A program made the translations under genes and the position numbers. From positions 14,387 to 78,386 of IMG/VR virus record IMGVR_UViG_3300020463_000013: a stretch of DNA of 64,000 bases; one strand, given 5' to 3'. Position 1 is the first letter of the stretch; each line of letters opens with the position of its first letter. The stretch is from a virus. This document shows, in pieces, positions 10,446 to 19,805 of the stretch. The notes below the pieces were generated by a model. That model made no database searches, was not told the DNA's origin, and saw nothing but the letters and a program-made list of their open reading frames with translations.

Positions 10446-11396
10446 ATGTTTGATCGTGAAGAATTTTATAAAATAAGAAATATCGTAAGCCTAAATAATA
10501 ATCAAAATATAGATGTCGTATATGATGTAATGACATCGTTATCTTTAGATGAAAAATACAGGGCATGTTCACACCTAATAAAAAATGCAACAGACTTACA
10601 ATCGTTAGACAACAACTTTGATGTGCTTGTAAAGTCAATTGAAAGACAAGATAAAATTACTTTTTATACTACAATGCTAGATATAATAGGAAATAATATT
10701 GATGACAACTTACTAACAAATGTTTTGAAAGTTATTAAAGATGATCCGTCATTAGAAAAAGATATATATGATAGCTTTAGCACCAATCAGATGTCAGCAA
10801 AGACTGCACTGCTAGATGCTGTGGATAATTTAAATATATTAGACAAATCATCTATAGTTGTAATATGGGGTATTTGGTATGGAAGTATTTTAATTCCTAA
10901 ACTAGCAAACAAAGTAAAAAAAATAATCGGTATTGATATAGATGAGCGTCCTTTATACATTTCAAAAAATAGAATATTTCCTAATTATGAAAATATAGAA
11001 TATATTTGCGACGATGTATTTGAAACATACAGAGATGCATATTTAAATACCAAACTAATAATAAACACAAGTTGCGAACATATGAAGCCTATGAAAGACT
11101 GGCCTTGGTTTAGGTTTAGTTCTATGGCAACAGATGCTGTACATCCTAAAGGATATGCAGATGACAAACCACACAGAAGAAAAGTTTATCAATCAGCAAA
11201 ATTATCAAGCGACTGTTACTTTGCTTTTCAATCAAATAATATGTTCGATATAGAAGGCCATATAAACTGTGTTAGTAGTTTAGAAGAATTTAAACAGCAA
11301 TTACCTGAAAGAGCAGAAGTGTTATACGAAAATGAAGTAGCTGACACTCGCGGCACAAGATATATGCTAGTCGGAAAATTTAATCATTTAGTTTAA
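10446..11396 (+). CDS. SAM-dependent methyltransferase-like protein
   Basis: VVIWGIWYG (motif I variant), IGIDID, INTSCEHM, QSNN. Confidence 0.55.
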   Translation: MFDREEFYKIRNIVSLNNNQNIDVVYDVMTSLSLDEKYRACSHLIKNATDLQSLDNNFDVLVKSIERQDKITFYTTMLDIIGNNIDDNLLTNVLKVIKDDPSLEKDIYDSFSTNQMSAKTALLDAVDNLNILDKSSIVVIWGIWYGSILIPKLANKVKKIIGIDIDERPLYISKNRIFPNYENIEYICDDVFETYRDAYLNTKLIINTSCEHMKPMKDWPWFRFSSMATDAVHPKGYADDKPHRRKVYQSAKLSSDCYFAFQSNNMFDIEGHINCVSSLEEFKQQLPERAEVLYENEVADTRGTRYMLVGKFNHLV

Positions 11397-12100
11397 AATA
11401 TGTTTCCAAGGTAATCAAGCAGTGTTGTATGCACTTGTTCTGCCATGTTAGCATGTGCTTTTAATCCAGGATGCATGCCGTCTAATCCATAATCATCTAT
11501 CATAGTTAAAGTATGAACATCTACTTCAAACCATTTAGGTAAATCATTTGGTAACAGACTTGTAATTTGAAATGGTCCTACTGGTCTTACAAAATTAAAA
11601 TGCCAATTTTGTATTCCTTTACTATCTAAATATCTTTTTGCATGATCTATATTTTGTAAAGTTTCATATTCTAAATTTCTTTGCCAAAAAAAGTCTTTGT
11701 AATATTTGTTGTTAATATTAAATCTCTCAATATGCATTTGTGCATTATATCTTCTAATATATTTTTTTTTGGTATAAGATGGACTTATTTGAAAAATTGT
11801 GTCTTTTGTAAAAAAACATGTGCGGTAAATATTTGTCCATAAAATAACTACAAAATCTGTTTCTTCTAATTTAGAATTGAGAATAATTTCAGTGATTTGT
11901 TTGTTAGATGCTCCACAACAAGATAAATTTTCCAATGGCAATTTAATTTTTTTTGCTAACAATGCTGGCCAGGCATCTTTGCTTGGAGGGGAATCGCGAA
12001 GTTTTCTATATTTCTTTTTATCAGAAAAAAACTCTTGTGCCGAATCAGGTAAACTTTTGCCATATGTATGACTACACCCAAAAGCTACAAGTCTGTTCAT
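11393..12100 (-). CDS. SGNH-like hydrolase, paralogue 3
   Basis: FGCSHTYG, NLSCCGASN, ILWT, DGMHPG..AH. Confidence 0.65.
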   Translation of the reverse strand: MNRLVAFGCSHTYGKSLPDSAQEFFSDKKKYRKLRDSPPSKDAWPALLAKKIKLPLENLSCCGASNKQITEIILNSKLEETDFVVILWTNIYRTCFFTKDTIFQISPSYTKKKYIRRYNAQMHIERFNINNKYYKDFFWQRNLEYETLQNIDHAKRYLDSKGIQNWHFNFVRPVGPFQITSLLPNDLPKWFEVDVHTLTMIDDYGLDGMHPGLKAHANMAEQVHTTLLDYLGNIF

Positions 12101-12774
12101 ATTTGCTCCTCTATCCTTGCAAATATATTTTCCGCTAAATCAACATGTGCTGACACACCAGGATGCAATCTATCTGCTCCGGTATCTTCTAATAAATCTA
12201 AATTTTGTATTGGAGCAGAAACCCATGCATCCATTTCTTTTGTAAATTTAGATGTTATAGGTCGTATGCCTTTTCTTTCAAAAGTAAAATGAAAATTTTT
12301 AATTCCTTTTTTTAACAAGTAATTGTAAGAGTGATCAATACTTAGTTGTGTTTCATATCTTGAATTTTCTTCTGTATGGAAAAGTTCGTAATATCTATAA
12401 TTATAAAGTCTACGCCATCTAGGATTTTGCTTAAACTTTTTTATATAACCTGGAGTAAGTTGTTTGAACTGTAATCCTTTTTCGTCAATTGGTTCATCTT
12501 GCAAAAAACAACTTCGACTATGATGCGTCCATAAAACAAAAACAACATCATCCTTTTCAAAATTTGTGTTAACTATATTGTAATGAATTTGTTTGTTAGA
12601 TGCTCCACACGAGCCTAGATTTACACATTCCATATCTAACTTTTTTGCTAAAAGGTTAGGCCACGCAAACTGGCTTGGTGGTGGCATTGGAGCGTCTAAA
12701 CTTTTTGTAGTCAAACAATCTGGCAATGATTCCCCATATGTGTGGCTACATCCAAATGCTAAAAGTCTGTTCAT
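12097..12774 (-). CDS. SGNH-like hydrolase, paralogue 2
   Basis: FGCSHTYG, NLGSCGASN, VLWT, DRLHPG..AH. Confidence 0.65.
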   Translation of the reverse strand: MNRLLAFGCSHTYGESLPDCLTTKSLDAPMPPPSQFAWPNLLAKKLDMECVNLGSCGASNKQIHYNIVNTNFEKDDVVFVLWTHHSRSCFLQDEPIDEKGLQFKQLTPGYIKKFKQNPRWRRLYNYRYYELFHTEENSRYETQLSIDHSYNYLLKKGIKNFHFTFERKGIRPITSKFTKEMDAWVSAPIQNLDLLEDTGADRLHPGVSAHVDLAENIFARIEEQI

Positions 12775-13436
12775 AATTGTTTCTCTATCATTACATGCAT
12801 TTTTTCTGCAATATCTACATGTGCTAATAAGCCGGGATGATATCCGTCTTGTCCAACATCTTCTATTAAATTTAAATTATTTACTGGTGCAGTAAACCAA
12901 CTATATGTGTTGAATATCTTAGATGATATAACCTTACCATCAAAAGTAAAATGAAAATTTTTAATTCCTTTAGCTTCTAAATGTTTGTAAGCATGGTCAA
13001 TACTTATTTGTGATTCATATCTCGTATTTTCGTTTGTGTGATAAAGTTCATAATAGCCCTGATTATAAATTCTTCGCCATTTAGGAATATTACTACGTTT
13101 TTCTATCCAACCCGGCAAAAGTTTGTTAATTATAGGCTTTCCGTTTGATGCAGTAGTATCTGCAATAAAACAACTACGATTATGATGTGTCCATAAAACA
13201 ACAACAATATCATCTTCATCGAAATCTGTTTCTACTATTCTTAAGTGAATTTCTTTGTTAGATGATCCACTGCTACTTAAATTTACACATTCTCTACGTA
13301 ATTTTTGAGATAAAACTTTAGGCCATGCAAACTGACTAGGAGGTGGCATTCTATCTTTCGCATTTCCTGTAGGCAAACAATCAGGAAGGCTTTCCCCATA
13401 AGTATTACTACATCCGTATGTTAAAAGTCTTTTCAT
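12771..13436 (-). CDS. SGNH-like hydrolase, paralogue 1
   Basis: YGCSNTYG, NLSSSGSSN, VLWT, DGYHPG..AH. Confidence 0.65.
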   Translation of the reverse strand: MKRLLTYGCSNTYGESLPDCLPTGNAKDRMPPPSQFAWPKVLSQKLRRECVNLSSSGSSNKEIHLRIVETDFDEDDIVVVLWTHHNRSCFIADTTASNGKPIINKLLPGWIEKRSNIPKWRRIYNQGYYELYHTNENTRYESQISIDHAYKHLEAKGIKNFHFTFDGKVISSKIFNTYSWFTAPVNNLNLIEDVGQDGYHPGLLAHVDIAEKMHVMIEKQL

Positions 13437-14088
13437 ATTCTTTTCTTAACCAATCAAAGTCGTTTATTAGCCGAAGGTTAGACCCGCTAGAAAAGCCAAA
13501 CTCCATACCAGCGGTAGCGCCTGCCAAAGCGTATTTGCCAAATGGTCTATCGTGTCCCACGGTTGTCCAAGTTTTAAGTCTTTCATCTGTTTCTCCTTGT
13601 TCTTGTCTATCTATTGTTTTACTTGCTAATTTAGCACATTCTCTAAATGCACTACGCCAAGTATTCCACTCATCAGTGTTGAAGGATGTAATGTTACTTA
13701 CAATATCAAAAGCTACAAAATTTTTACTCAGACTAGTTGTCATATCTGTGCTAGTTGTATCCATATCTAATACAAGAGATTTTGGCAATAGTTTTAATCC
13801 ACCATATCCATAGTTTAAATTATTTATGGGATTTATACTTTGCCATACATATACAGTATTATATGAAATACATAAATTTTCATCGAACTTAAAAGTAGGT
13901 AATATATCTGCATCTCCGTCAATCACATAAAACATTTTTGTGTCGCAAATTTGTGCGGCTTTTTTGTGTGCATTGTGTATACCTTTTATTCCATGAACAC
14001 GTTTAATAAAAGGAATTTGTTTTTGTAATTTTAGAAAACGTTGTTCACAGTCAGGTTCCTGATAACTTAAAAATACTACATCAAACAT
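13408..14088 (-). CDS. GT-A-fold glycosyltransferase-like protein
   Basis: FLSYQEP, RVHGIKG..NAH, VIDGDA (DxD), YGYGGLKL, WRSAFRE; paralogue of 15475..16356. Confidence 0.6.
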   Translation of the reverse strand: MFDVVFLSYQEPDCEQRFLKLQKQIPFIKRVHGIKGIHNAHKKAAQICDTKMFYVIDGDADILPTFKFDENLCISYNTVYVWQSINPINNLNYGYGGLKLLPKSLVLDMDTTSTDMTTSLSKNFVAFDIVSNITSFNTDEWNTWRSAFRECAKLASKTIDRQEQGETDERLKTWTTVGHDRPFGKYALAGATAGMEFGFSSGSNLRLINDFDWLRKEYEKTFNIRM

Positions 14089-15478
14089 TTACAAATGCCC
14101 ATTCATTAAAAGAAGGAACAAGTAAAGGAAATGTAGTTTCGAAATTTGTACCTCTTCTTTTATCATATTCTGTAATATATTGTACAAAATTATATCTTGT
14201 TAGTTCTAATTCTTTAGGATCAGAAATATCTTGAAGTTCGCATATACTGTCGTATATTCTTTTTAACTTTATATTTTCTACAATTCTATCAATAGGGATT
14301 TCATCTGTTGCTTTAAGCACATAATAGTCTAACAGTTTTCTTGGAGCAATACGCATATCTAAAAATTTAGGATTTCTCACATATGCAAAATCCATTGATA
14401 TATCTGCTCCAGTCGAATTCCTTAGTTTGTTTATATCAGGAATCATCAAATATAAAGAAGTAACACTTAACACATTCACTGCACACATAATACTAAGTCT
14501 TACTTTACGACAACGTTTTAATAATTTTCTTAAATTATTTAACCATAGATTATAATCCATTCCAAAACGTATGTAATCATTTTGATCTCCTTTAGCTTCA
14601 GCACTAGTAAAGATTGTAATTTCCTTGACAGAATTTGTATCTAGTAATAGATTTAATTTTTTTGTAAAAATTTTCCAGATATTACCAGGTGGGCAAGCAT
14701 TTGTGTTAATTGCAAACTTTAAATTAGGCTGTGGATTTTCCAGTAGATAATCAATTACTTTTGATGTATGTTTGCTTAGTAATGGTTCGCCACCAGTAAT
14801 ACGAAAATCATGCATGTGTTTTACAGCTTCCGGAAACCATTTCCAGAAAGCTTCAATATAAGGATTGTGTTCTTTTTCTAAATATTGTACTTCATCAGGA
14901 TTAATAAATCCAAATTCTCTGTTGTTGCCTTTATAATCTATAAACTTGTATGTGCCTTTTTGTTTAACTTCTTCTGTCCATTTACTACTAAATGCTGGTC
15001 CGCAATATGCACATTTAAAATTACACACATTACTAAAACTTACTTCAACGTATTTAGGATAAATGTCTTCTGTTCCATCAGAATTAATTATTTCTTCTAA
15101 GTATGGCAAACTCCAAGAAGAAATGCTTTTTGTAACCCTATCACTAAAATGATCGCTGTTATCTTCTATACGCCAACAATAATCACATTCTACGGGACGC
15201 TCGCCATTAAGCATCTCTCGTCTACGTTCTTTTTTAAATTCTGTATTATGTAATGCGCCAGGGTCTTTTTCTAGCTCATCTAATTTTATTTTATGTGCAC
15301 CTACATGATGACAACTATGTGTAATACCACTTCCTAAATGTGTAGTAACCTGTGTCCATTTGGCAAGACAAAATCCCGGACCTTTGGAATCTAATTTATC
15401 TTTTAAAAATTGTAGATTATCTGGGTCATGTATATCAACTCTGTTGTCCAGAAATCTTTTAAAATCTTTTTTGCTCAC
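14081..15478 (-). CDS. Radical SAM protein with N-terminal twitch-like domain
   Basis: FCLAKW...SCHH...CDYCW, CNFKCAYC, TGGEPL, NTN, YIRFG. Confidence 0.9.
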   Translation of the reverse strand: MSKKDFKRFLDNRVDIHDPDNLQFLKDKLDSKGPGFCLAKWTQVTTHLGSGITHSCHHVGAHKIKLDELEKDPGALHNTEFKKERRREMLNGERPVECDYCWRIEDNSDHFSDRVTKSISSWSLPYLEEIINSDGTEDIYPKYVEVSFSNVCNFKCAYCGPAFSSKWTEEVKQKGTYKFIDYKGNNREFGFINPDEVQYLEKEHNPYIEAFWKWFPEAVKHMHDFRITGGEPLLSKHTSKVIDYLLENPQPNLKFAINTNACPPGNIWKIFTKKLNLLLDTNSVKEITIFTSAEAKGDQNDYIRFGMDYNLWLNNLRKLLKRCRKVRLSIMCAVNVLSVTSLYLMIPDINKLRNSTGADISMDFAYVRNPKFLDMRIAPRKLLDYYVLKATDEIPIDRIVENIKLKRIYDSICELQDISDPKELELTRYNFVQYITEYDKRRGTNFETTFPLLVPSFNEWAFVNV

Positions 15479-16356
15479 CTAAATCTCCTAGAAGGAGGAG
15501 AATATACTGTTTTAAAAAATTTACTTTGTTCGTTATCTAATGCAGTTGTACTAATAGGAAGTCCTAGATCTTGTAATACTTTGCCATATTCAGCGATCAT
15601 TTGTTCTACAGGTTTGTTTTTAATTTTTTCCCAATATTCATTAAGCCATTTAAAATCTCTTGTTACGGAATGATCCCAGTCTGTAGCTAATATCTTTTGG
15701 CAACCATCCCTAGCACCCATAATAGTATACAAGCCATTGTTAACATCTGCACCAACATTTAACCAAACAAGTAATCTATGATAATTTTGCCACCAAGTGT
15801 CATTTTCAAGATCTTCTACTTTGGTACCCCTATTAAGTGACATCTTTACACCTTCTCTAAAACCTGCTCTCCAGGCTTGATGTGGTGTTGAACTTATAAT
15901 ACTAGTTGAAAAGTTTTCATTTAGTTGGTAGTAGTTGTCAAAATAACAAAACTCTATAAGTGTATCATCAGACCCGTCTGTATTTTCATGTGTCTTCATG
16001 TTAGCAACAAAGTCTTTGGTCCACATCTTTAAACTTCCGTTGCCATATTTCAAACCATTCACATCAATATTACCACACCAACTAAACTGGTAATCATCAT
16101 TTACACCTAATATATCTAGATCTAACACAACATTTAAAAATTCTGGATCTATTACAGTATCACCATCAACTGTGACGAAGTGTTTAGTTTCTGATAAGTC
16201 TGCACAGGCTTTATGTGCGGCATCAGAACCTTCTACTCCATGCACTCTTTTAGCATAAGGAACTTTAGTAAGTAAATCCGCATAATTCTTTTCCGCATTA
16301 GGCTCATCATATGAAAGAAAAACAATATCACAGTCTTGTACTTTTATTTTATTCAA
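15475..16356 (-). CDS. GT-A-fold glycosyltransferase-like protein
   Basis: FLSYDEP, RVHGVEGSDAAH, TVDGDT (DxD), YGNGSLK, WRAGFREG. Confidence 0.6.
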   Translation of the reverse strand: MNKIKVQDCDIVFLSYDEPNAEKNYADLLTKVPYAKRVHGVEGSDAAHKACADLSETKHFVTVDGDTVIDPEFLNVVLDLDILGVNDDYQFSWCGNIDVNGLKYGNGSLKMWTKDFVANMKTHENTDGSDDTLIEFCYFDNYYQLNENFSTSIISSTPHQAWRAGFREGVKMSLNRGTKVEDLENDTWWQNYHRLLVWLNVGADVNNGLYTIMGARDGCQKILATDWDHSVTRDFKWLNEYWEKIKNKPVEQMIAEYGKVLQDLGLPISTTALDNEQSKFFKTVYSPPSRRFR

Positions 16357-16861
16357 TTGTTTCTCCTATAAGATGATAGTAGCTTTGCATGTCTGGTTGT
16401 GTGATAATTTTACAATCAGAAAAATATTTTGCATCAAATTTTAAAGTTTTATCAAAAAAATCTTCAAATCTACATTCCAAAGTACACAACAATTTGTTAG
16501 AATTATTTACATCAGTAACAAAAAACTTTTTATAAGTCTGAGATGGTGGAAATTTATCCTTAAAAGTATGTGTAATGCTAAAACTTTTTTGTTTATGGTC
16601 TTGAATTATGTATATACTATTTGCAATACGTTCGGTCGTTTTGCTTATTGTAAAAATGTTTGCAGATACACTTTCTTTTTTGTCTTTTTTTTCTAATACA
16701 TAATCTTGTTTTTTTACTACTATGTAATCATCAATGTTCTCAGTACATTCAGCAAACTTCGTATACATTTCTGCACTTATTTCTAAGTATTCGAATTTAT
16801 CATCAAGTTCATTAGTAATCTTAACTACTTTACCTTCAGTATTATAACCTACATATAACAT
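16349..16861 (-). CDS. Hypothetical protein
   Basis: 170-aa ORF overlapping both neighbours in the operon; no motif recognised. Confidence 0.6.
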   Translation of the reverse strand: MLYVGYNTEGKVVKITNELDDKFEYLEISAEMYTKFAECTENIDDYIVVKKQDYVLEKKDKKESVSANIFTISKTTERIANSIYIIQDHKQKSFSITHTFKDKFPPSQTYKKFFVTDVNNSNKLLCTLECRFEDFFDKTLKFDAKYFSDCKIITQPDMQSYYHLIGETIE

Positions 16862-17667
16862 TATTTTAAATGCTCCAACAATTTGTCTGTAAGAAATTCG
16901 TCTTCTACATAATGTAACACACCTTTTTGTGTAAAATTACCCAAATATATATAGTCGTCTAAATATATATCAAGATAATCTGTCCATTTTTCAGGAACAT
17001 TCTCCCAATGCTGTGCGTGTGGTTTCATATGTGTGAAAGTTAATGGTGTTTTTATGTCAGGTAAACCTAAAATCTTGTAAGCAATAGCACAATTAAGATC
17101 AAAACTTTGCCATGTTTGTTTTTTCTTAGGAGAAAACATGCGATAAAACTCTTGCCAGTTTTTAGAAATTATTTCAACTAGGGTAAAAAATTCTTTTGCA
17201 ATATCACACTTTTTAAAATAGTAAAGTCCGCTATATAAATTTGGTAAATTATTTGCAACAAATGTTTTTCTATAATAATTAGTTGTTACAGCATCACCTC
17301 TATAAGTTATTACATCTGTTGTAAAAGCAATAGCATGATTGTAACATCTGTACCACCAATCTTTTATATTTTCTAAAATAAGCATATCAGCATCCATTAC
17401 AATAGTATATTCATATGGCGATAAATGATATATTTTCCATCTATTTTCTATTTTCCAATCACTATTCTTAGCAAGATTGCCCCATGGTATAGGAATAATC
17501 TTATCAAATGCATGCATGTATTCATCCGGAACAGCATCATCTGTAATAAGACTGACATTTTCATTATTGTGTTTATGAATACTTATTGCTAGAGCATATG
17601 CTTGTTTTATATAATCTGTTTTATGATTATTTTCTGCGAGTATACAAAATCCTCTATTCATTTGCAA
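16861..17667 (-). CDS. GT8-like glycosyltransferase
   Basis: YIKQAYALA.SI, SPYEYTIVMDADML (DxD), YSGLYYF, FTHMK, LHY. Confidence 0.65.
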   Translation of the reverse strand: MQMNRGFCILAENNHKTDYIKQAYALAISIHKHNNENVSLITDDAVPDEYMHAFDKIIPIPWGNLAKNSDWKIENRWKIYHLSPYEYTIVMDADMLILENIKDWWYRCYNHAIAFTTDVITYRGDAVTTNYYRKTFVANNLPNLYSGLYYFKKCDIAKEFFTLVEIISKNWQEFYRMFSPKKKQTWQSFDLNCAIAYKILGLPDIKTPLTFTHMKPHAQHWENVPEKWTDYLDIYLDDYIYLGNFTQKGVLHYVEDEFLTDKLLEHLK

Positions 17668-18493
17668 AATCCTTGTCGATATATCTATCTAAACTAAATT
17701 TATTCATAACGTGTATATCAGAACCTTTAATACTTGCTGGTATAACATCTCTTTTATCCTGTAACAATATACTAAATGTGTCATCATTTATATCTAACAG
17801 CGTGTCTCTGTCAGTAATCATATACAATGTAGGCATAACTTTAGGCCAAGCTACAGTTTTATGGTTTGATAAAATATGCATAGCAATACTAAATGCAAAA
17901 TCATTTCTATAAGTATTTGACACAATGTTATATAACAGTTTATAATAACTCCAATTGTCTCTAATAAATTGTATAAGATTAAAAAGTGTTTGTGTTTTAT
18001 AATTTTTTGTAAAATAAAACACTGTTGCCCAATACATAGGAATACTTGTGTTGCTTACAAGTAATTCGGGTGTGTTATCTCTAGTTGTATTCAAATCAAA
18101 AGCATATCGATTGATCATAAAATCGTAGCGGCTGTCAAAACAATTTAACACAGATGCACTACTGAGAATAAAATCTGTATCTATTACAAGAGTTTGATCA
18201 TAAGGTGTAATATCAAAACACGAAGCTCTAGAAAAATTCTTCCAAGTAGCATCTATATAAGATTCTCCATCATAAAACTTTTTTTGTTGTGTTTCACTAG
18301 ATGCTTCTGTGGTAATAATTTTATCAATGTATTTTGTGTAGAATTTATATTTTTCTAAATGCTGAGAACTATCTGTAACAAGTGTAACATCTAAATTTGT
18401 ATATTTTTTTACACGTTTAGCACAAAAAATTGCTTGTTTTATATAATCAACCTGTTCATTATTATTAGCAAAAAGCAGTACGCCTTTGGTCAT
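17654..18493 (-). CDS. GT8-like glycosyltransferase
   Basis: YIKQA, TPYDQTLVIDTDFI (DxD), WATVFYF, RNDFAFSIA, HVMNK; paralogue of 16861..17667. Confidence 0.65.
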   Translation of the reverse strand: MTKGVLLFANNNEQVDYIKQAIFCAKRVKKYTNLDVTLVTDSSQHLEKYKFYTKYIDKIITTEASSETQQKKFYDGESYIDATWKNFSRASCFDITPYDQTLVIDTDFILSSASVLNCFDSRYDFMINRYAFDLNTTRDNTPELLVSNTSIPMYWATVFYFTKNYKTQTLFNLIQFIRDNWSYYKLLYNIVSNTYRNDFAFSIAMHILSNHKTVAWPKVMPTLYMITDRDTLLDINDDTFSILLQDKRDVIPASIKGSDIHVMNKFSLDRYIDKDFANE

Positions 18494-18834
18494 TGATCTA
18501 ATAACCCTTTAACAGTTTTATCATTTTTAAAATTTTGATATTTAATGATATAATTATTTGTACTTTGCACATATACATCGACAATGTTATCAATAAATTC
18601 TTGTGCATTTTCTATTTCTACCGGAGTTTTATTGCTATCTAACAGAACCAAAGGCTTTTCCTTTGCAAGCATAAAATTACAAAATGAAATTAGTTCGGGA
18701 GTAACTTCAAAAGCATAACCATTTTCATAATGATAACATGTATCTTGATATTGCTTGTAAAGGATATTTTTTTGATTGTCCAGAGTTTGAGAATAATTTG
18801 CAAACTCTAATGCTTTTTGTAACTGTGATTCCAT
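18490..18834 (-). CDS. Hypothetical protein, first gene of the glycosyltransferase operon
   Basis: 114-aa ORF with a strong AGGAGG Shine-Dalgarno upstream. Confidence 0.7.
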   Translation of the reverse strand: MESQLQKALEFANYSQTLDNQKNILYKQYQDTCYHYENGYAFEVTPELISFCNFMLAKEKPLVLLDSNKTPVEIENAQEFIDNIVDVYVQSTNNYIIKYQNFKNDKTVKGLLDQ

Positions 18835-18853
18835 ATAATCCTCCTATAGTGTA

Positions 18854-18882
18854 AGTATACAGGAAGCTCTTATAAAAGTCAA
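18854..18882 (-). promoter_or_regulatory. Sigma70-type promoter for the GT/SGNH operon
   Basis: Minus strand TTGACT (18882-77) -N17- TATACT (18859-54). Confidence 0.7.
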
Positions 18883-18885
18883 GTA

Positions 18886-19728
18886 TTAAAATGTGGCTTG
18901 GTTTGTGAAACTAGGTGCGTTTAAAGATACATTTGAACCAGATGCTCTTAAGTATTGCACATTACTAGTAAGTGTACCGTCTACGTTTTCATCGTATTGT
19001 GGATTGGCACCTTTATCATCATTAAAATATATTCTAAATTGAATGGCGCCGGATTGATTTCTTGCTTGTACAGTATAATCGTTAGCCGCATACACACCTG
19101 AACCAGTTTTTGTAAATATTTGTTGGTAGCTTCCAGTTAAATCTTGTTGACCAATACTAGTATCTGTGCCTGATCCTGTAGAAGTTGTTTGTGTGTAATT
19201 CATAATTATAGTACCCATGTTAGACAACATGTTACGCCAGTCAATATTAATTGAAGAAGAACCTCCAGACTGACTTGCAGTGAATCTAATTTGGCCACCT
19301 GCATTAAAAAACTGTGTTCTAGCAGTGTCAGAACCAAAAGACACAAGCACTCTATGTTCTAGTGTTCCGTTCCAAGCACTAGTTCTGTTATCTGATATTC
19401 CGGCGTCTATAGTAAACTGTCCGGCTCCTATTAGGTACTTGTTAGTTTCAACCGTTGTCATTACACCAGCATAATCATTCAAGTGTGAAGCAAGAATTGT
19501 ATCTCCTTCGTCAACATCAATAATAGTAGGATTAGAACCTTGTTGATGTGCATATGCTTTAGATATATCTGTTCTTAGGTTATCTAATTGTTCATCAGTG
19601 ATTGTATTACCAACTGCAACCTGTCCACTTAACAAACTTTGACCATAGTCTGTATTCATTATTGTATTGATTCGGCTTTGTACTGTATTATAATCATTTG
19701 CTGTAATTATTGCATTTTGGACGGGCAT
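18886..19728 (-). CDS. Putative virion structural (tail-associated) protein
   Basis: T/S/G/N-rich beta-type composition, FFNAGGQIRF motif, AGGAG SD, position at the end of the fibre genes. Confidence 0.55.
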   Translation of the reverse strand: MPVQNAIITANDYNTVQSRINTIMNTDYGQSLLSGQVAVGNTITDEQLDNLRTDISKAYAHQQGSNPTIIDVDEGDTILASHLNDYAGVMTTVETNKYLIGAGQFTIDAGISDNRTSAWNGTLEHRVLVSFGSDTARTQFFNAGGQIRFTASQSGGSSSINIDWRNMLSNMGTIIMNYTQTTSTGSGTDTSIGQQDLTGSYQQIFTKTGSGVYAANDYTVQARNQSGAIQFRIYFNDDKGANPQYDENVDGTLTSNVQYLRASGSNVSLNAPSFTNQATF

Positions 19729-19749
19729 ATAAATCTCCTATGTTGTTCT

Positions 19750-19778
19750 ATTATAGTACAAAAAATAATTGATGTCAA
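19750..19778 (-). promoter_or_regulatory. Perfect-consensus sigma70 promoter
   Basis: Minus strand TTGACA (19778-73) -N17- TATAAT (19755-50). Confidence 0.8.
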
Positions 19779-19797
19779 CACTTTTATTAACTATGTA

Positions 19798-19805
19798 TAT
19801 TTATA
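19798..19805 (-). promoter_or_regulatory. T4-type late promoter TATAAATA
   Basis: Exact TATAAATA on the minus strand overlapping the stop of 19801..21300. Confidence 0.6.
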
